A stretch of DNA of 64,000 bases from Antedon mediterranea (GCF_964355755.1 NC_092674.1:14632001-14696000), one strand, 5' to 3'. Shown: positions 36,757 through 50,632, counted from the stretch's first letter. Notes: generated from the letters alone by a model not told the origin. Made by a program: numbers and translations.

Positions 36757-39600
36757 TTTGATGAATGTTGGATTGAACTGATTGCAGTATACTATATACT
36801 AGGCCTACCTGCATTATTTATAACATCTTGGACGCATATAAACTGTATTTGACACCTTAGCGCTTACAGACAATTAGATATAAATTGTTATTATAGAGAA
36901 CAAAAGCTATAGACTATACACCATTTCAGCCTTTACGATCATGAATACGGTACTTTACATTGCATTGCAATATAAACAAGACCGTATTTATAAGTATTTT
37001 TTTATTTTTGAAAACATATAAAATACAACCAAGATTAGGATTAATCTACAACGATCGTACTCTAATATTTAGGCCTAAATTTATCCTCGTAGGCTTAGGC
37101 CCTAAAAACCATGGAGTAAAAAATTATTTTTATTATTTGGTCAAGGAAAAAATACGTCTTTATGAAACTCATTAATCCATCATTATAATAAGTTGTCTGG
37201 AGAGAAATTACCAACATTAATACACAGTAAAACCGTATAAATATAATTCCTTAATAGGTGCCGCATAAAACTCGTATTATTTATTTGTTAATAAAAAGTT
37301 ATCCAGTAGAATGGCGCTGCTTTTTTATAAAATAAACAAGATCGGAATATAAGTTCAGTACACCATCACACAGTATAGCACACCTTTCACGCTTGAACGC
37401 ACATCGCCTAGCAAGAGTATTGTGACGTCCTAACACGACCTAATACGCATGTGTACTTTACACCAAAATTGACCGCGGGCAGTAAACATTGTAATCTTTG
37501 CTAATTGGGTTACGTAACGGCAGTGTTTAGTACCTATTAAATAGTCATTACAAGCATAGCCTTAAGGAAGCGGTAAACACGATGAACTGACTGAACTATT
37601 CAAGTTGTGTCTCCTCTTATTCTTTACTCCATGCTACAACAGTCTATCACCACATCAACATTTACAGGAAAACAACAAATTTGCATCCTATTATGCTTGG
37701 TTCAGTGTTTTTACACTGGATGGACTTTTCGAGACCTACCAACGATGTTTATTGCATCTGCCATGTAAATTACATGGAACTGGAATAGGTGGGTCACAAG
37801 TCATGGGAAACAACTTAATATTTGGTTCAAACAAATGTCGATGTTACTATTAAAGGAAAGAATCATTAAAGAAAATCCTGATTTCTTAGAATACTACTGA
37901 AAATTGGCCACAAATTTGTTAAAATACATAGGCCTACACTATTTTGGTACACAAATCAATTAATACATGGCTGCCGTTTGATTCAAACAACAATTCTTGC
38001 AAGAGCATTATTGTGGGAGGGCGGTATTTACTTGAACTATATTATGCCGCAGATGTATTTTTGGTGTTATACTATATAAGGTTACATGTACAAGTTTTCA
38101 GCGTAGTTCACCGGCGATAGAAGCTAGAGTAAGAGAAGGGTTTGAGACGTTGAAATATATTGTAGATAAATGAAAGAATATGAGTAATCCTCAGATCTCA
38201 TCTCAGTCCCCGTTAACCCCGTACAAGAACCAACAAAAACAAACTATCTGTTTGAAACATTTATTCTGGGACGGTGCGGCCACACGCCAATTACCATTAA
38301 CCCTATGCACATTCATCGTATAAATAACAAACCAACAAAAATAATTACAATCTTTGTTTCAGATGCCAAGGCATGTAAGCAAAATTAAAATTAAATAGTT
38401 TCTTTTTAAATTTAAATACCGTTCTGTTGAACGAACCAACAATATATGTATTAAAATTAAATATCTTAAGTGACTTTTGTTAAATCAATTATTATATCTG
38501 TGAAAACTTGTTACAGTACATGTTAACGTATAATTTAAAGAGCCGAAAGAAAACGTATGCTAACCATAACATCTTTCTAAATCACTCTTAACCTTGGGAT
38601 AGGCGAAAAACAAGAAAAATATCTGAAAATTCCTATCCGGCCCTGTGGTGGCGACCGAGTGCACCTATGTTGAATAACATTGATAAACTCTAAGGTTGAG
38701 AGCGACTGAAAATAATACATTAACATATTACAGTACCATGCGGTACCGTGCATGAAACGGGCATTTCGCTACCAATGTGGCAACCTATACTAATGTGACG
38801 GTCACACTAATCTACAGTAAGCCTGGACCACCGGTAGTGTTTTCATGATAACTACATGCCAACATCATGTTAAATGTTGTTTGGATATTTAATTGTTCGT
38901 TTCATGCAATTTATTTAGTAAAAAACTGCTAAATAAACAGTTCGTTTCATCAACCGGGCACTACCGGTCGTGTTGTTGTTTACGCGTTTTCACAAATGAT
39001 ATACGGTAATAATATTTCTATATTTAACTTGTTTCTAGTAAAAAAATAAATATTAATTCAATTTAACATTGTATTCTATTAATAACATGTATTTTATACT
39101 AATTTATATCATAAAAACACTACTTAATTTACCGGGCGTAGATTAGTACGTGTTATATGATGGCACCATATATTATGATGTCGCCCTCTATAGTATGTAG
39201 GATACCCATAAGGCAACAGAGCTCTAAAACATGGCTTCAGTATAGAAGACCTCACGAATGATTGTGATAACAATGATGTCGAATAACTAAAGAATAAAAG
39301 CATTGTGTTACTAGAAACGTCTCTCATGTATTAAAGAATATTACATGGTGGCAACGGTAGGATTGAAACATATAATAAAGTCAATCGATAAGCTATACTA
39401 GGCTAGAAGAATAAATAGGCTAGCGTACACGCCGCCGCACGAATAGAATAGTAAAACGTGTTGTTGAGAGTACACACGTGACGTGCGGAGAGAACTGAAT
39501 TGGATTTTGTATTCGGATAGCAGAAGGCAAAAAATAGCCCATACACATTTTGTTACCACTGTATACAACAACTGACAATATTAAAAAATTAATATTGATC

Positions 39601-42600
39601 ATGGCGAACCTAAATCAGCCAGAACCATTAAATATATCGACAGGCAACATATCGGAGAATTGGAAGAGATTCAAACAGAGATTTGAACTATATAACATTG
39701 CCAGTGGAATGTCACGAAAACCAAGTGAAACGCAAACGTCATTACTGGAGCTGTGGCTTGGTGGTTATGATGCTTGGCTACCAATCTAAGGGTCCTGGGT
39801 TCAAGTCCTGTCATATGTCAGGGTTTTTTTCTCATGACAATTTACAACTCCACTCCCAAAGACTTAATAATAAGTCTTTGTCTATGTAGAGCATCTTGTG
39901 TATATGTTTGTCTTATATGTTCTAGTGCAGTATATGGAGAGCCATCTCGATAGTGCTTTGCACTCATGGCAATCCTCAGGGTGCTGCACCGCTGTGTTGT
40001 CATGTATGTTTGCCTGAAAATTAAATAAAATAAAATAAAAAATAAAATAAATAAAATACTACTCCATACTATTGGGCAACAAGGCTTAGATGTATATAAC
40101 GCATTTAAATTTGAAAATGAAGCTAAGAAGATGAGATTAAACACAGTTATGCACAAATTTGAGGAATATTGCAACCCCAAGAAAAACATTACATTTGAAC
40201 GACACACTTTCTTTTCACGAAACCAGATACCAGGTGAGAAGATAGACCAATATGTGACCGACCTAAAGAACAAGAGCAAGACATGTGAGTTTGGAGAAAT
40301 TGAGGAATCCCTCATCAGGGATAGAATTGTTTGTGGACTATTGGACAATCAATTGCGTGAACGATTGCTTAGAGAAGATGATTTAAATTTAGATAAGTGC
40401 ATGAAAATATGTAAGGCATCAGAAGCGTCGAGAAACTTAGGGAAAGAGCTCAAAACTGATCACCAAGTAGCGGTAGATCAATTAGGTATGTCTAATAATT
40501 ATAAACATGATAGAACCAAAGATAGAGATAAAAGTAAACCATGCTCAAGATGCACTAGATCACATGAATATGGTAAATGTCCAGCTTTTGGCATGTCCTG
40601 CAATAATTGTGGTAGGAAAAATCATTTTAGTAGAGCATGTAGGTCAAAACGTAATGACAAACAAAAGGGAAAATATATAAATGCACCTAACAGAAGTAAG
40701 AGAAACGTGCATGGTATAAACAAAAGCAATGATAGCGATTGCGACAGTGAAGATGAATCTAATATTACATTTGAAGCAATTAAAATAAGCCAGATAAACG
40801 CTAAAGATGGTGACACAGAAGTGTTCACAAATGTCAAAATTGAAATAAACCGTAACAAACCAACTTTTCTGAAAGTAAAAGTAGATACAGGTGCAGAGGG
40901 TAATATATTACCACTGAGAATGTATAGAGCTATGTTTCCTAAAAACATGAGCAATAATGTACCTAATGATAGATATGTTAACAAATCTAATGTAAAAGTC
41001 ACAGCGTATAACGGAGCACAAATCAAACATTATGGTTACATACACATCCCATGTTACTTCAATAACTTACACACAAATGCAAAGTTTTATATTGCAGAGG
41101 TACAGGGACCAGCTATAATGGGACTACCGACGCTAAAGACTCTGAAGATAATACAGATAAACTGTGCAGTCGAAGTAAATGACAAAATCAAGGATGTAGA
41201 GGACATAAAAAGACTCTATCCAGACAGATTTGAAGGCATTGGCAAGTTTGAGGGTACGTACAAAATAGTTATAGACGAAACGGTACCACCTGTCATACAC
41301 GCACCAAGGTCATGTCCATTAGCGATAAAAAATGACATAAAGGCTGAGTTGGATGAAATGATGAGATTAAATGTCATACAGAAAGTAGAGAAACCAGTGG
41401 ATTGGGTTTCAAGTTTGGCCTACTCACAGAAACCAAATGGGAGATGGCGGATATGTTTAGATCCTAAGGACTTAAACAAAGCTATAAAACGCACATACCA
41501 TCACACACCAACCCTAGATGAGATAACACATAAATTTAGTGGGGCAAAGTTTTTCTCTAAACTAGATGCACGACATGGATATTGGTCCATAAGACTTGAC
41601 AAAGAATCCAGTTATCTTACCACATTTAACACTCCAGGGTTTGGAAGATTCAGATTCCTAAGATTACCATTTGGACTGAATGTCAGCCAAGACGTTTTTC
41701 AACATAAGATGGATCAAATATTGGAGAAATGCATCGGAGCCACAGGCATCGCAGATGACGTTGCTGTATTTGGGAAAACAGAAGAAGAACATGATCGAAA
41801 CTTAATGGACCTGATGGAAACCGCTAGAGAATATGGGCTTGTATTCAATGCAGAGAAATGTGAAATAAAGCGACCGCAAATAAATTTCTTTGGTATGATA
41901 TATGATAAAGATGGAGTACATGCTGACCCAAAGCGCATTGAAGCCATCAGCAAAATAAAACCACCAACGAATGTTAAAGAGTTACAAAGTTTCCTAGGCA
42001 TCGCCACGTATATGAGTCCCTTCTGTCCCAAGCTGTCAGACAAAACAGCACCCCTCCGAGAACTTCTGAAAAAAGATAATGTATTTGAATGGAATGGCTC
42101 ACAACAAAAAGCATTCGAAGAGATAGTCAACAATATGTAACCAGACAACACTGACCTATTTCCAACCTAACAAAAAGTTGAAACTACAAGTGGATGCATC
42201 CCTGATTGGAGTGGGAGCAGCACTCATACAAGACGAAAAAGTTGTTGCGTTTACATCAAAGGCATTAACAGAAGCGGAACAAAGATATGCGAACATTGAA
42301 AGAGAACTACTGGCGGTAGTATACGCAGTAGAGAAGTTCCACACATATGTGTATGGAAACTCATTCATTGTGGAATCAGACCACAAACCGTTAGAGATGA
42401 TCCAACTAAAAAATCTAATGTGTGCACCACCAAGACTACAAAGACTACTAATGAGACTACAAGGATATGATCTGACAATCAAGTATAAACCAGGCAAAGA
42501 AATGGTCCTGGCAGATGCCATGTCTAGATTAAACCCTATAAATGACAGCCAAATTGAAGAAGAAGTAAAGATACAACTGTCATATTTCTCAGAGTCCAAA

Positions 42601-43116
42601 GAAGAAGAAATAAGGCAGAAGACCAAGGAAGACCCAACTCTCATAAAATTGGGAAGTATAATACAGCAAGGCTGGCCAGACAAACTAAAATCTGTACATA
42701 AGACAATAAGACCATACTTCCCATACAGGGATGAACTCACAACAGAGAACGGAATAATACTAAAGGGTAACAGAGTAGTGATCCCAGAAGTCATGAGACA
42801 GGACATCCTAAAACAACTACACACATCCCACTTAGGCATAACCAAGTGTCAACTGATGGCTAAAACATCAATCCATTGGCCCAGTATTAATGAGGAAATA
42901 GAAAACATGATAAAAGCATGCCCATCATGCCAACAACACAAACACAAACAACAACATGAACCAATGTTGAAGAGAAAAATCCCTACCAAAGAATGGGAAA
43001 TACTCGCAGCTGACCTATTCTACATAAATAGAGTAGAATACCTCCTAATAGCAGATTATTACACCAAATATCCAATCATAAGAAAAATTAAGAAACCAAA
43101 TAGATTAGATTTGTAA
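39601..43116 (+). pseudogene. Disrupted gag-pol (SINE in gag, frameshift near 42138, integrase core deleted)
   Basis: VDTGA protease, IADD RT, RNase H and HHCC are present. After ADYYTKYPIIRK the ORF jumps straight to the terminal IKKPNRLDL. Confidence 0.9.
39747..40056 (+). mobile_element. tRNA-derived SINE inserted in gag
   Basis: A-box-like TGGCTTGGTGG, B-box GGTTCAAGTCC, (TAAAA)n tail and TACT duplication. Removing it restores the gag frame TSLLLHTIGQ. Confidence 0.88.
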
Positions 43117-43554
43117 ATAAAACTTATAATTGTTTTATTATGATTGTAATATGATTGATAAATGAGACCCACAGTTTAATTATATTTGTACACCATTATG
43201 AGTAATTAAAGAAGAGGGATGTTATATGATGGCACCATATATTATGATGTCGCCCTCTATAGTATGTAGGATACCCATAAGGCAACAGAGCTCTAAAACA
43301 TGGCTTCAGTATAAAAGACCTCACGAATGATTGTGATAACAATGATGTCGAATAACTAAAGAATAAAAGCATTGTGTTACTAGAAACGTCTCTCATGTAT
43401 TAAAGAATATTACATACGCAGCAATGGTAAAGAATAGGCTATGCTAAGTAAACGCTTAGTTGTTTTTGTTGTTGCTGTTCGGCCTTTCTTTTTTAACATG
43501 GTGGTAATAATTTTCTGTAGAAGTGACTTACCTTTAGTAATTCTTACCTTTAAT

Positions 43555-44400
43555 TCTTACTCCTTCCCATTACCATGAATAGAGGAAACACTTGAAGCTT
43601 TGGGCGGTGCTAAGTATTTGTCATCATTGGATCTAGCAAATGGAAATTTCCAAATAGCGATGGACAAAGATTCAGTCAAGAAAACAGCTTTTATAGTATC
43701 GTGAGGATTGTTTGAATTTGTAATGATGCCGCAAGGTCTTGCTAATAGTCCTAGTACATTTGAGAGAGGAATATGGAATATGGAATGGAATATGTGTTGG
43801 GCGACTTAAATCATAACGAAATTAATTATTTATCTTGATGATATATTGGTATTTTCTTCAACTTTAGATGATCACCTGTCCAAGTATTTATTAGACCTAT
43901 GAACCATGGGTTAAAATTAAAAGGGAAGAAGTGTCACTTTCTACAAACTGAAGTAAACCATTTGGGGCATGTATAGTAACTACAAATGATATCAAAGTTG
44001 ACCAAGACAAAATTTAAACCATTCAGAATTGGCCAATAGCAAAAAATATTTGGGAATTTAGATCATTTTTAGGCCTACATCGTATTATAGGAGATTTGTA
44101 AAGTGTTTTGCTTAGATAGCGGGTCCTTTGCATGCAATGATGGTTGGTGAACAAGTAAACGGTCCGAGGATGATCCAGTTTTAAAATGGTCTGATAAGAG
44201 TTTGGAAGCATTTCAGAAAGTGAAAGAAGTCTTGACTACTCCTCCTGTGCTGGGATATCCATGTTTTGATCAACCCTTTGTATTGGAGATCGATGCGTCG
44301 ATAAAGGGCTTAGAGGTATGTTTATCGCAGTATGGTCAGTATGGCAAGATTCATCCAATAGCTTTGCTAGTCGTATATTGAGTCCAACAGAAAAGAAATT
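43555..44400 (+). pseudogene. Older degenerate Gypsy pol fragment (RT to RNase H)
   Basis: LPLP*IEETLEALGGAKYLSSLDL..KTAF..MPQGLANSPSTFER..YLDDILVFS..EIDAS..HPIAFASR, with many stops. Confidence 0.85.
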
Positions 44401-44702
44401 CAAATTTTTCAAGTTTCAAAATAGAACTAGACATGAAACTCGTCACCTTGACGAGTTAGTTATCCGCCCCACAAACGCAAAGCGCAAGTACGTTATGCCT
44501 GCCTGTCTAGAAAAATATGCACAAAAAAAAGCCTATCTATCTGTTTAGAGCAGAACTGATTTAATAAATTATACTACTGTATTTTAGGGCCTAATTAATA
44601 ACAATACTTCTTAATAGTTAAACTATTATAATGTCAATCAAAAAACATTTTAAATGAAAGTTCACATTATTTAATCTTTTTTTTGTGATAAATATTAAAT
44701 AA

Positions 44703-44971
44703 TACGTGCAAAGATTGTATAGCGCCGTACAATCTTTGGTACGTGGCCGGCCGGCCGGCATTTTGCGCGGAACATTTATATAATATAACGTCCTGTTGTT
44801 TCGCATTGTACGTATTTTTCACACGCACGGAGCGCGCGGACGCAGCTATTGAAAAAAAAATGCGCAATAATTCGACGCCCGCTGGCCATATTGCGCAATA
44901 TCCGGGACGGCCGCGCCGCTGGGTATAAAAAGGTACGTATACCAAGCGGCGCTATACAATCTTTGCGTATA
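44703..44971. mobile_element. Short GC-rich MITE-like element
   Basis: 20-bp inverted repeat GCAAAGATTGTATAGCGCCG (44708-44727 and 44947-44966). No clear TSD. Confidence 0.6.
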
Positions 44972-45739
44972 CTGGCCAAACCTACCCAACCCTGTAGTAG
45001 TGAGGCGAGGTAATTATTGATGGCGCCCTCTTTTATATGTTATTTTTATTAATACGGGTTTTGGAAATGTTCTATACTCTGTATTATGTACTGAGATATT
45101 AATCAGTTTAGTGAAATGGTATTGAAAATGTATCTTAAAATGTCCAATAATAAATGTTATTACAATTAGAAATGTATTGTAATACAATTATGTATGTAGG
45201 GCCTATGTATGTATAAATATATATGTTATAGGGCGTTTATTACAGGAAATAAATGAACGTTTATTGTACTTTTGTGTATGACGGTAATATAGGGAGTAGG
45301 ATAAAAGTATTTGCATTAAAAAATATAACCAATCTGTAGCAGTTCTAATATTAATTGGAAATAGTTATACTGCCCTCTAGAGTCAAAGGTGACAAAATAT
45401 TATTTTAACAATACAATAACCCTTCACAATATACAGTAATAACACTATGGCCACTAATTCTGTGGATACTTTTGTTGGGTCACAAGTGTACTATACAATT
45501 TAATTTTCAATTCATCGACTGTTAAAGATACCTGATTCATATAAGTCTCCTTAAAGATACAAATTTAGAAAGAGAAAACATATTTTAGTTTACAATGAAC
45601 ATACCGTAATTTAAAAGAAATTAAATTTATACCAAAAAACAGGTACAAAGACATTTTTTTATTTATATTATTTACATCATATTTGGCAAAATATCCAATA
45701 AAGTTTCAAGTATAATTTATACCAAATTAAAATATTTAA

Positions 45740-46319
45740 AGACCCCTTCCCTGCAATTTTGGACGTTTTTTGGAAAATAATACATATATATCACTTTAAA
45801 AACATTAAACCATGTCATTCCTTGTCTTAAATGTACGTTTTATGGTAAATTATGATAAAAAGTGAGAAACAATGCACTACCTAAGTAGCTCGCGGCGATC
45901 GACCTCTCGTGGACGGTCTTAGGCCTAGCCTAGCTAGGCTTAGTTTTGTAGGCCTAGCTGGTAAACATCGATAACGTACAAACATCGTACGCTAGCTATA
46001 TACCTAGCCTGACGTTGCATAGTTGCTGCATTAATTGTCTTTCTGTTTTTGCCAGACTCCGTTGATACAAATTGGGGAAAACCCAGTATTTTCGCTGAAA
46101 AGTTAGGAGTCTTCCATTTGTTTTGGCTTCACGATCGATCGAAAAGTGGGCGAATTATAGGTGAAAAACAAAAATATCAATCCGCGCGCAATGCATTTTG
46201 GGATTTTTAACCGTTTAAAGACGAAAAAAGTTATCGCAATAGGACCATATAGTATTATTTTTACATTAAATATAGTTTGTGATCTTAAATTAGATCTAAA
46301 AAACGTAGGGAATGGGGCT
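45740..46319. mobile_element. Kolobok-like MITE, most complete copy
   Basis: TTAA|AGACCCCTTCCCTGC ... GTAGGGAATGGGGCT|TTAA. A TTAA TSD with AG..CT termini is the Kolobok pattern. Confidence 0.78.
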
Positions 46320-46679
46320 TTAATATCAAAACAATCTAATTTGTTTAAAGGTTTTTGTTAAGATAATAACGAAATCATAAAGTTACTGCGAACATGATTT
46401 TAAAAACAATGCATTACTATCAAAGAACGTACAACACAAGAATCTCCTGTTCTTCAATTTGCATTCAAAACACAGTATCGGAAGTACAGGGTTAAAAGGT
46501 CAAACTGGGCGACGCCATATATATATATCTCTATATATGGCTCTGTTTCACAGCATGGAGCAGCGCCCCCTCCAAACTAGGAGATGTCAATTACTCTATC
46601 CCCCTAGAGTATTAGCAGATCCCCTCTATGATTTTGACTTTCTAATTTGATGCAGGCGCCCTACTCCTCAGTCAATTAC

Positions 46680-47477
46680 GGTGACTACTTCTTCGCATGC
46701 AGCTAAAGTAAAATGACGTCTCATCACAGAGTCTCATGTATATTAATGAAGCAAACTTGCTGAGAGTGTTTTCCACCACACCACACACGCGACGCGAGAT
46801 TTATCGAAACTCCTGAGCCCATCATCGACTGACGATCATGTTTTTGACAATTAAAATCAGTATGGCATATATAAAAAAATATAATTGTTTTCACTGCTGA
46901 GGATAATAAATAATATATTTAATTTTAACGTATAGATACTTCCAGTGCGAATACAAAATAATAATAATGTACAGTATTAGTATGTATTTTCAAATGCTGC
47001 AAGACATGAGACCCGAAATAGGCTAGGCCTAGGTGGCAACGTGCATACCTAGTTAGAGCTAGGGTGGGTTGGAAGTGTAGCTAGTATGCTGGGTTAGTGT
47101 GTACATCTGCACGATGCCTCGCGGTAACGATGAAGGAGGATATGGAGGCCTGATAAGTGATGTAGTGGGTACTACTCTAAATATACTGTATTTTACTTTA
47201 GTTAGGCCGCTAGTGAGGAGGTAGTGTCATAGAAAGTCTTTCTAGCCTAGGCCTAGCTAGGCATCTAAGCCAAATGGGTCAAATAAAAAACTTTATTTAA
47301 TCTGCTTCTTTGTTATCAGGAACAATATCGGAATTATTGAAAACATTTTGTAAAATCATGAGCGCGCAATCAAGAAGCAGAGAGAAAACATTTCTTTTGC
47401 ATATGCATGAGACTCTGTGACGACACGCTTTAACGTGACGTCATTTTACTTTAGCTGCATGCAAAGAAGTAGTCACC
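46680..47477. mobile_element. MITE with ~40-bp TIRs and a 9-bp TSD (Merlin/MULE-like)
   Basis: TIR GGTGACTACTTCTTYGCATGCAGCTAAAGTAAAATGACGTC and TSD GTCAATTAC (46671-46679 and 47478-47486). Inserted in the second unit of an ~85-bp tandem repeat whose first unit starts at 46586. Confidence 0.88.
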
Positions 47478-47581
47478 GTCAATTACTCTATCCCCCCCCC
47501 CCCCACCCCTAGAGTACAGTATTAGCAGATCCCCTCTATGATTTTGACTTTATAATTTGATGCGGGCGACCTACTCCATGG

Positions 47582-48081
47582 CAGAGCCATATATAGAGAG
47601 AGTTACGACTTTGCGTTCACGGATTTTAGAAAGTCACGTGGTGTGCACGCCGGCCATGTTTGTGTCCAACTATGCCTATGTAGCGTATGGAGTCGTTGTT
47701 TAAAGGTTTTTGTTAAGATAATAACGAAATCATAAATTTACTGCGAACATGATTTTAAACAACAAAATGTAAAAACAATGCATTACTAATAGAGAATCGC
47801 TGTACAAACTAAACGTGCACGCGTAGAGCGTGCATGGAGCGCACAACCAGAGCCGTTCCGAAATTGCTATTTTTGTTTTAAATCATGTTCGAAGTAACTT
47901 TATAATTTTTTTATTATTTCAACAAAAACTTTTAATCAAATTTATTGTTTTGATATTAAATTCGATAATTAAAGGCTTTTGAACGTTATACATTTTCAAA
48001 ACAAAAGACTCAACTCCATACGCTACCGTACATAGGAATAGTCTAATCCATTCAATGTCGTAACTCTCTCTATATATGGCT
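47582..48081. mobile_element. MITE family member with partial copies at ~46324-46545 and ~59730-60000
   Basis: 25-bp perfect inverted repeat AGCCATATATAGAGAGAGTTACGAC (47585-47609 and 48057-48081). Internal sequence is shared with the other copies. Confidence 0.75.
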
Positions 48082-48910
48082 GGATAGGCTTTTGATATGC
48101 TGCCAAGAAACTTCAGGGATTAACTCACTAATATCATCTCATACAAATTTGAATTCCTCATAAAATTCTCTAAATTGTGGTATAAAAATGAATGAAATCG
48201 GCTAAATTGTAGTGTATATACATAATACATATTCAATCAAGCGTAATTGTTATGAAATGAACTTATATTTTTTTAATATAATTTATTTAAAATTGGTAAA
48301 ACCAATGACAATTCTGTTTGAGACCTACATTCCTCCTGCGTTTGAATTTCTCATTTAGCTATTTCCATTGAGGAGAAAATTGTATATATATACACTTTTA
48401 GGTATAGTAGGAGAAAAATCTGTATTTCATTTAGGTAATATTAGTTAATTGTAACCCAGCAATGACTTTAATCTTCAAATCCTTTGGCAGAAAGATGTAT
48501 ATATTTTTAAATATGCTATAATTAAATATTTTTTTTGAAAAATATTAATTGTTTTGAAAAATAATAAAAATTAAAAATTATTCTTAACATGATGCATGAA
48601 AATGTCTTTTATATAAAACATAAATCAGCTCAATAGGCCCATGGTGTTTTATGAGCAAAAAAAAAAAATTAATATTAGCCACCAAAAAAAGGTCAGGTTA
48701 TTGTTTGTGATTGAGGGTGAAATTGATATGTTGGGAAGTGATAACAGCTGAAGTTGTTAGGTTAGTGGCCGTCTGTAGTTGATGGATAAAGTTAAACTTT
48801 TTGAAGTTAGTGTATTGTTGCTTTATTTGAAATTTGACTCGACGCTATTTACAAAACTTATTTTTAAACTAAAAAACTACATTATTTTTGTAAAAGCAAT
48901 GGAAAAAAAC

Positions 48911-49719
48911 GGGTGTCTCGAAAACAGAGACCAGAGACCCGACACCGAGGGTGTCTGTTTTCGAGAAAATCTCGGAAACAGAAACCCCCACTAAAACGTC
49001 TCAATATTACGTAATATAGGGGGTCTCTGTTTTCGAGTTCTCGAAAACAGGGAACCCCTATATAACGTAATATTGGATCGAGTGTTGACAAAGTGCGAGG
49101 CACGACGAATATTTGTGCTGAGACATCATTTATCATTTCCAAACATGCGAGGTATATGCGGCGAATAAACGGTAACTGATATGCTGATCAAAGAACATGC
49201 CGCAACGATAAGAAGAGATTGATGAATTCTTGAACGCGTGTGAAAAGACTGTCATTTTGGAATACAAGGTCGACGTCCTAGAAGTAAGATGTATAAATGC
49301 ATGCTGCGCCTTTTAGAAGCTGAAAAGCGGGAGATTATTTCAATAGCTGACACTAGTTTCGTAAAATTTATTTACAAGCATAAAAGATAATAACGTACAA
49401 TGCAATAACAAAATGATATGAGGTCAGACTTTGAGGCAGACTGGAGGATGAAGACAAATATATTGTGTTGGGCGAGCCTTAAAAAAGAAATGAATTAAAA
49501 AATAAAATAAATAAATTGATAAATAAATAAACATAAATTCACGGTTTGTGCGATAAAAGTTGGGTTTTAATAATTTATGACCAAGCTCGTTGGTGGGTAT
49601 TTGCAACACTCTTAATATTGAGACGTTTTAGTGGGGGCCTCTGTTTTCGAGATTTTCTCGAAAACAGAGACCCTGGGTCTCTGGTCTCTGTTTTCGAGGT
49701 CTCTGTTTTTGAGACAGCC
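48911..49719. mobile_element. Non-autonomous MULE-like element with a 10-bp TSD
   Basis: GGAAAAAAAC|GGGTGTCTCGAAAACAGAGACC ... GGTCTCTGTTTTTGAGACAGCC|GGAAAAAAAC. Confidence 0.85.
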
Positions 49720-49747
49720 GGAAAAAAACATTGAATTACAGTATATC

Positions 49748-50024
49748 GCGTTTGAATAAAACTGGGAATGTTCTGTTTGCATTTAGTAACTGTTTAGTAA
49801 CTTAGACGAAAAGACTGGATACTGTGTACAATACTAATTAGAGAGAATTAAACAGATGATCAAATCAATTTGAGCTTGTAATTTATTTACCAGACGTTAA
49901 CCATGTAGGTTTTGATTTGTTTTTTAAAACAAGTGAAACCTTTTTAGTATAATTTGGAAAAATATTATATTAATTATTATTTTGTAAACTGAAGGGACAT
50001 TGACTTTAATGAATAATTGATATG
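49748..50024 (+). repeat. Diverged direct repeat (second copy ~54234-54516) bracketing the OB-fold gene
   Basis: Shared GTTTGAAT.AAACTGGGAATGTT ... GGACATTGACTTTAATGAATAATTGATATG. A further pair lies at ~51055-51170 and ~55195-55300. Confidence 0.8.
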
Positions 50025-50632
50025 TTTATTTATCGGAGGGCGTATTTTGATCTCTGGTGCGCGTGTTTACATAAAGGGATTAGTGCTCTTATCCAATCGA
50101 GTTTGAAAAAGTGGTCTAAGCAGAGTATATTAATTATTATATTAAGCAGGCCTACGTGGTTGCAGGTTTGAATCTTTTCGCGACTTTTTTTTCATTTTCA
50201 AAGACTTCCTTATCTTTAACCTATCAAATTAATTAATACATTTTCAGGATATCACCGGGGGGGTTTATATTGTATTCTGTGCCTGTGGTAATTATATATT
50301 ATAGACATGACAGGCACAGAATAAATTCTAAATTGTGTTGCACCTATATATTATATATGTTTTGTTATTGTCGTATAAAGTTGTTCAATTTGACTAGAAT
50401 TTTGGGAAAAAAATGTGTTACTTGACAAAAATATGAAATTTAAAGCCAGGGAGAAATTGGTTTAGTGTCAATGGATTTTTAAAAATTCATTTGTCATTTT
50501 TTGAATGGAAATATGTTTTGTTGGTTTTGTTATATATAAGTGACTTAGAAAATGATGTTGTCGAAGTCGGGTTTTAGAAATCTGTATTTGTGTTTGTCGG
50601 TGTTATTTTGTATTAGTGGTTGTAATTATAAG

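Larger units (their letters stand above)
24949..37633 (+). mobile_element. P-superfamily DNA transposon, 12.7 kb including nested insertions, with two genes
   Basis: Perfect 31-bp TIRs CATGGAGTAAAGAATAAGAGGAGACACAACT (24949-24979 and 37603-37633). 7-bp TSD CTACAAC (24942-24948 and 37634-37640). Encloses a P/THAP9-type transposase. Confidence 0.95.
39151..43414 (+). mobile_element. Defective Ty3/Gypsy LTR retrotransposon
   Basis: 195-bp LTRs (39151-39345 and 43220-43414) with one visible mismatch, 4-bp TSD TACG, PBS TGGTGGCAACGGTAGGATT (tRNA-Leu-like) and PPT AAAGAAGAGGGA. Confidence 0.95.

Noticed and set aside
37110-37125. Alternative P-element end (CATGGAGTAAA)
   Set aside because: Only 11 bp match the TIR, and there is no partner or TSD. 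It may be an internal binding site or a scar.
24949-37633. A true RAG/ProtoRAG or Transib transposon
   Set aside because: The catalytic core is P/THAP9-type, the TIRs start CATGG rather than an RSS-like CAC heptamer, the TSD is 7 bp rather than 5, and gene 2 shows no kelch repeats.
39747-39820. tRNA gene
   Set aside because: It is the head of a SINE with a body, an A-rich tail and a TSD inside gag.
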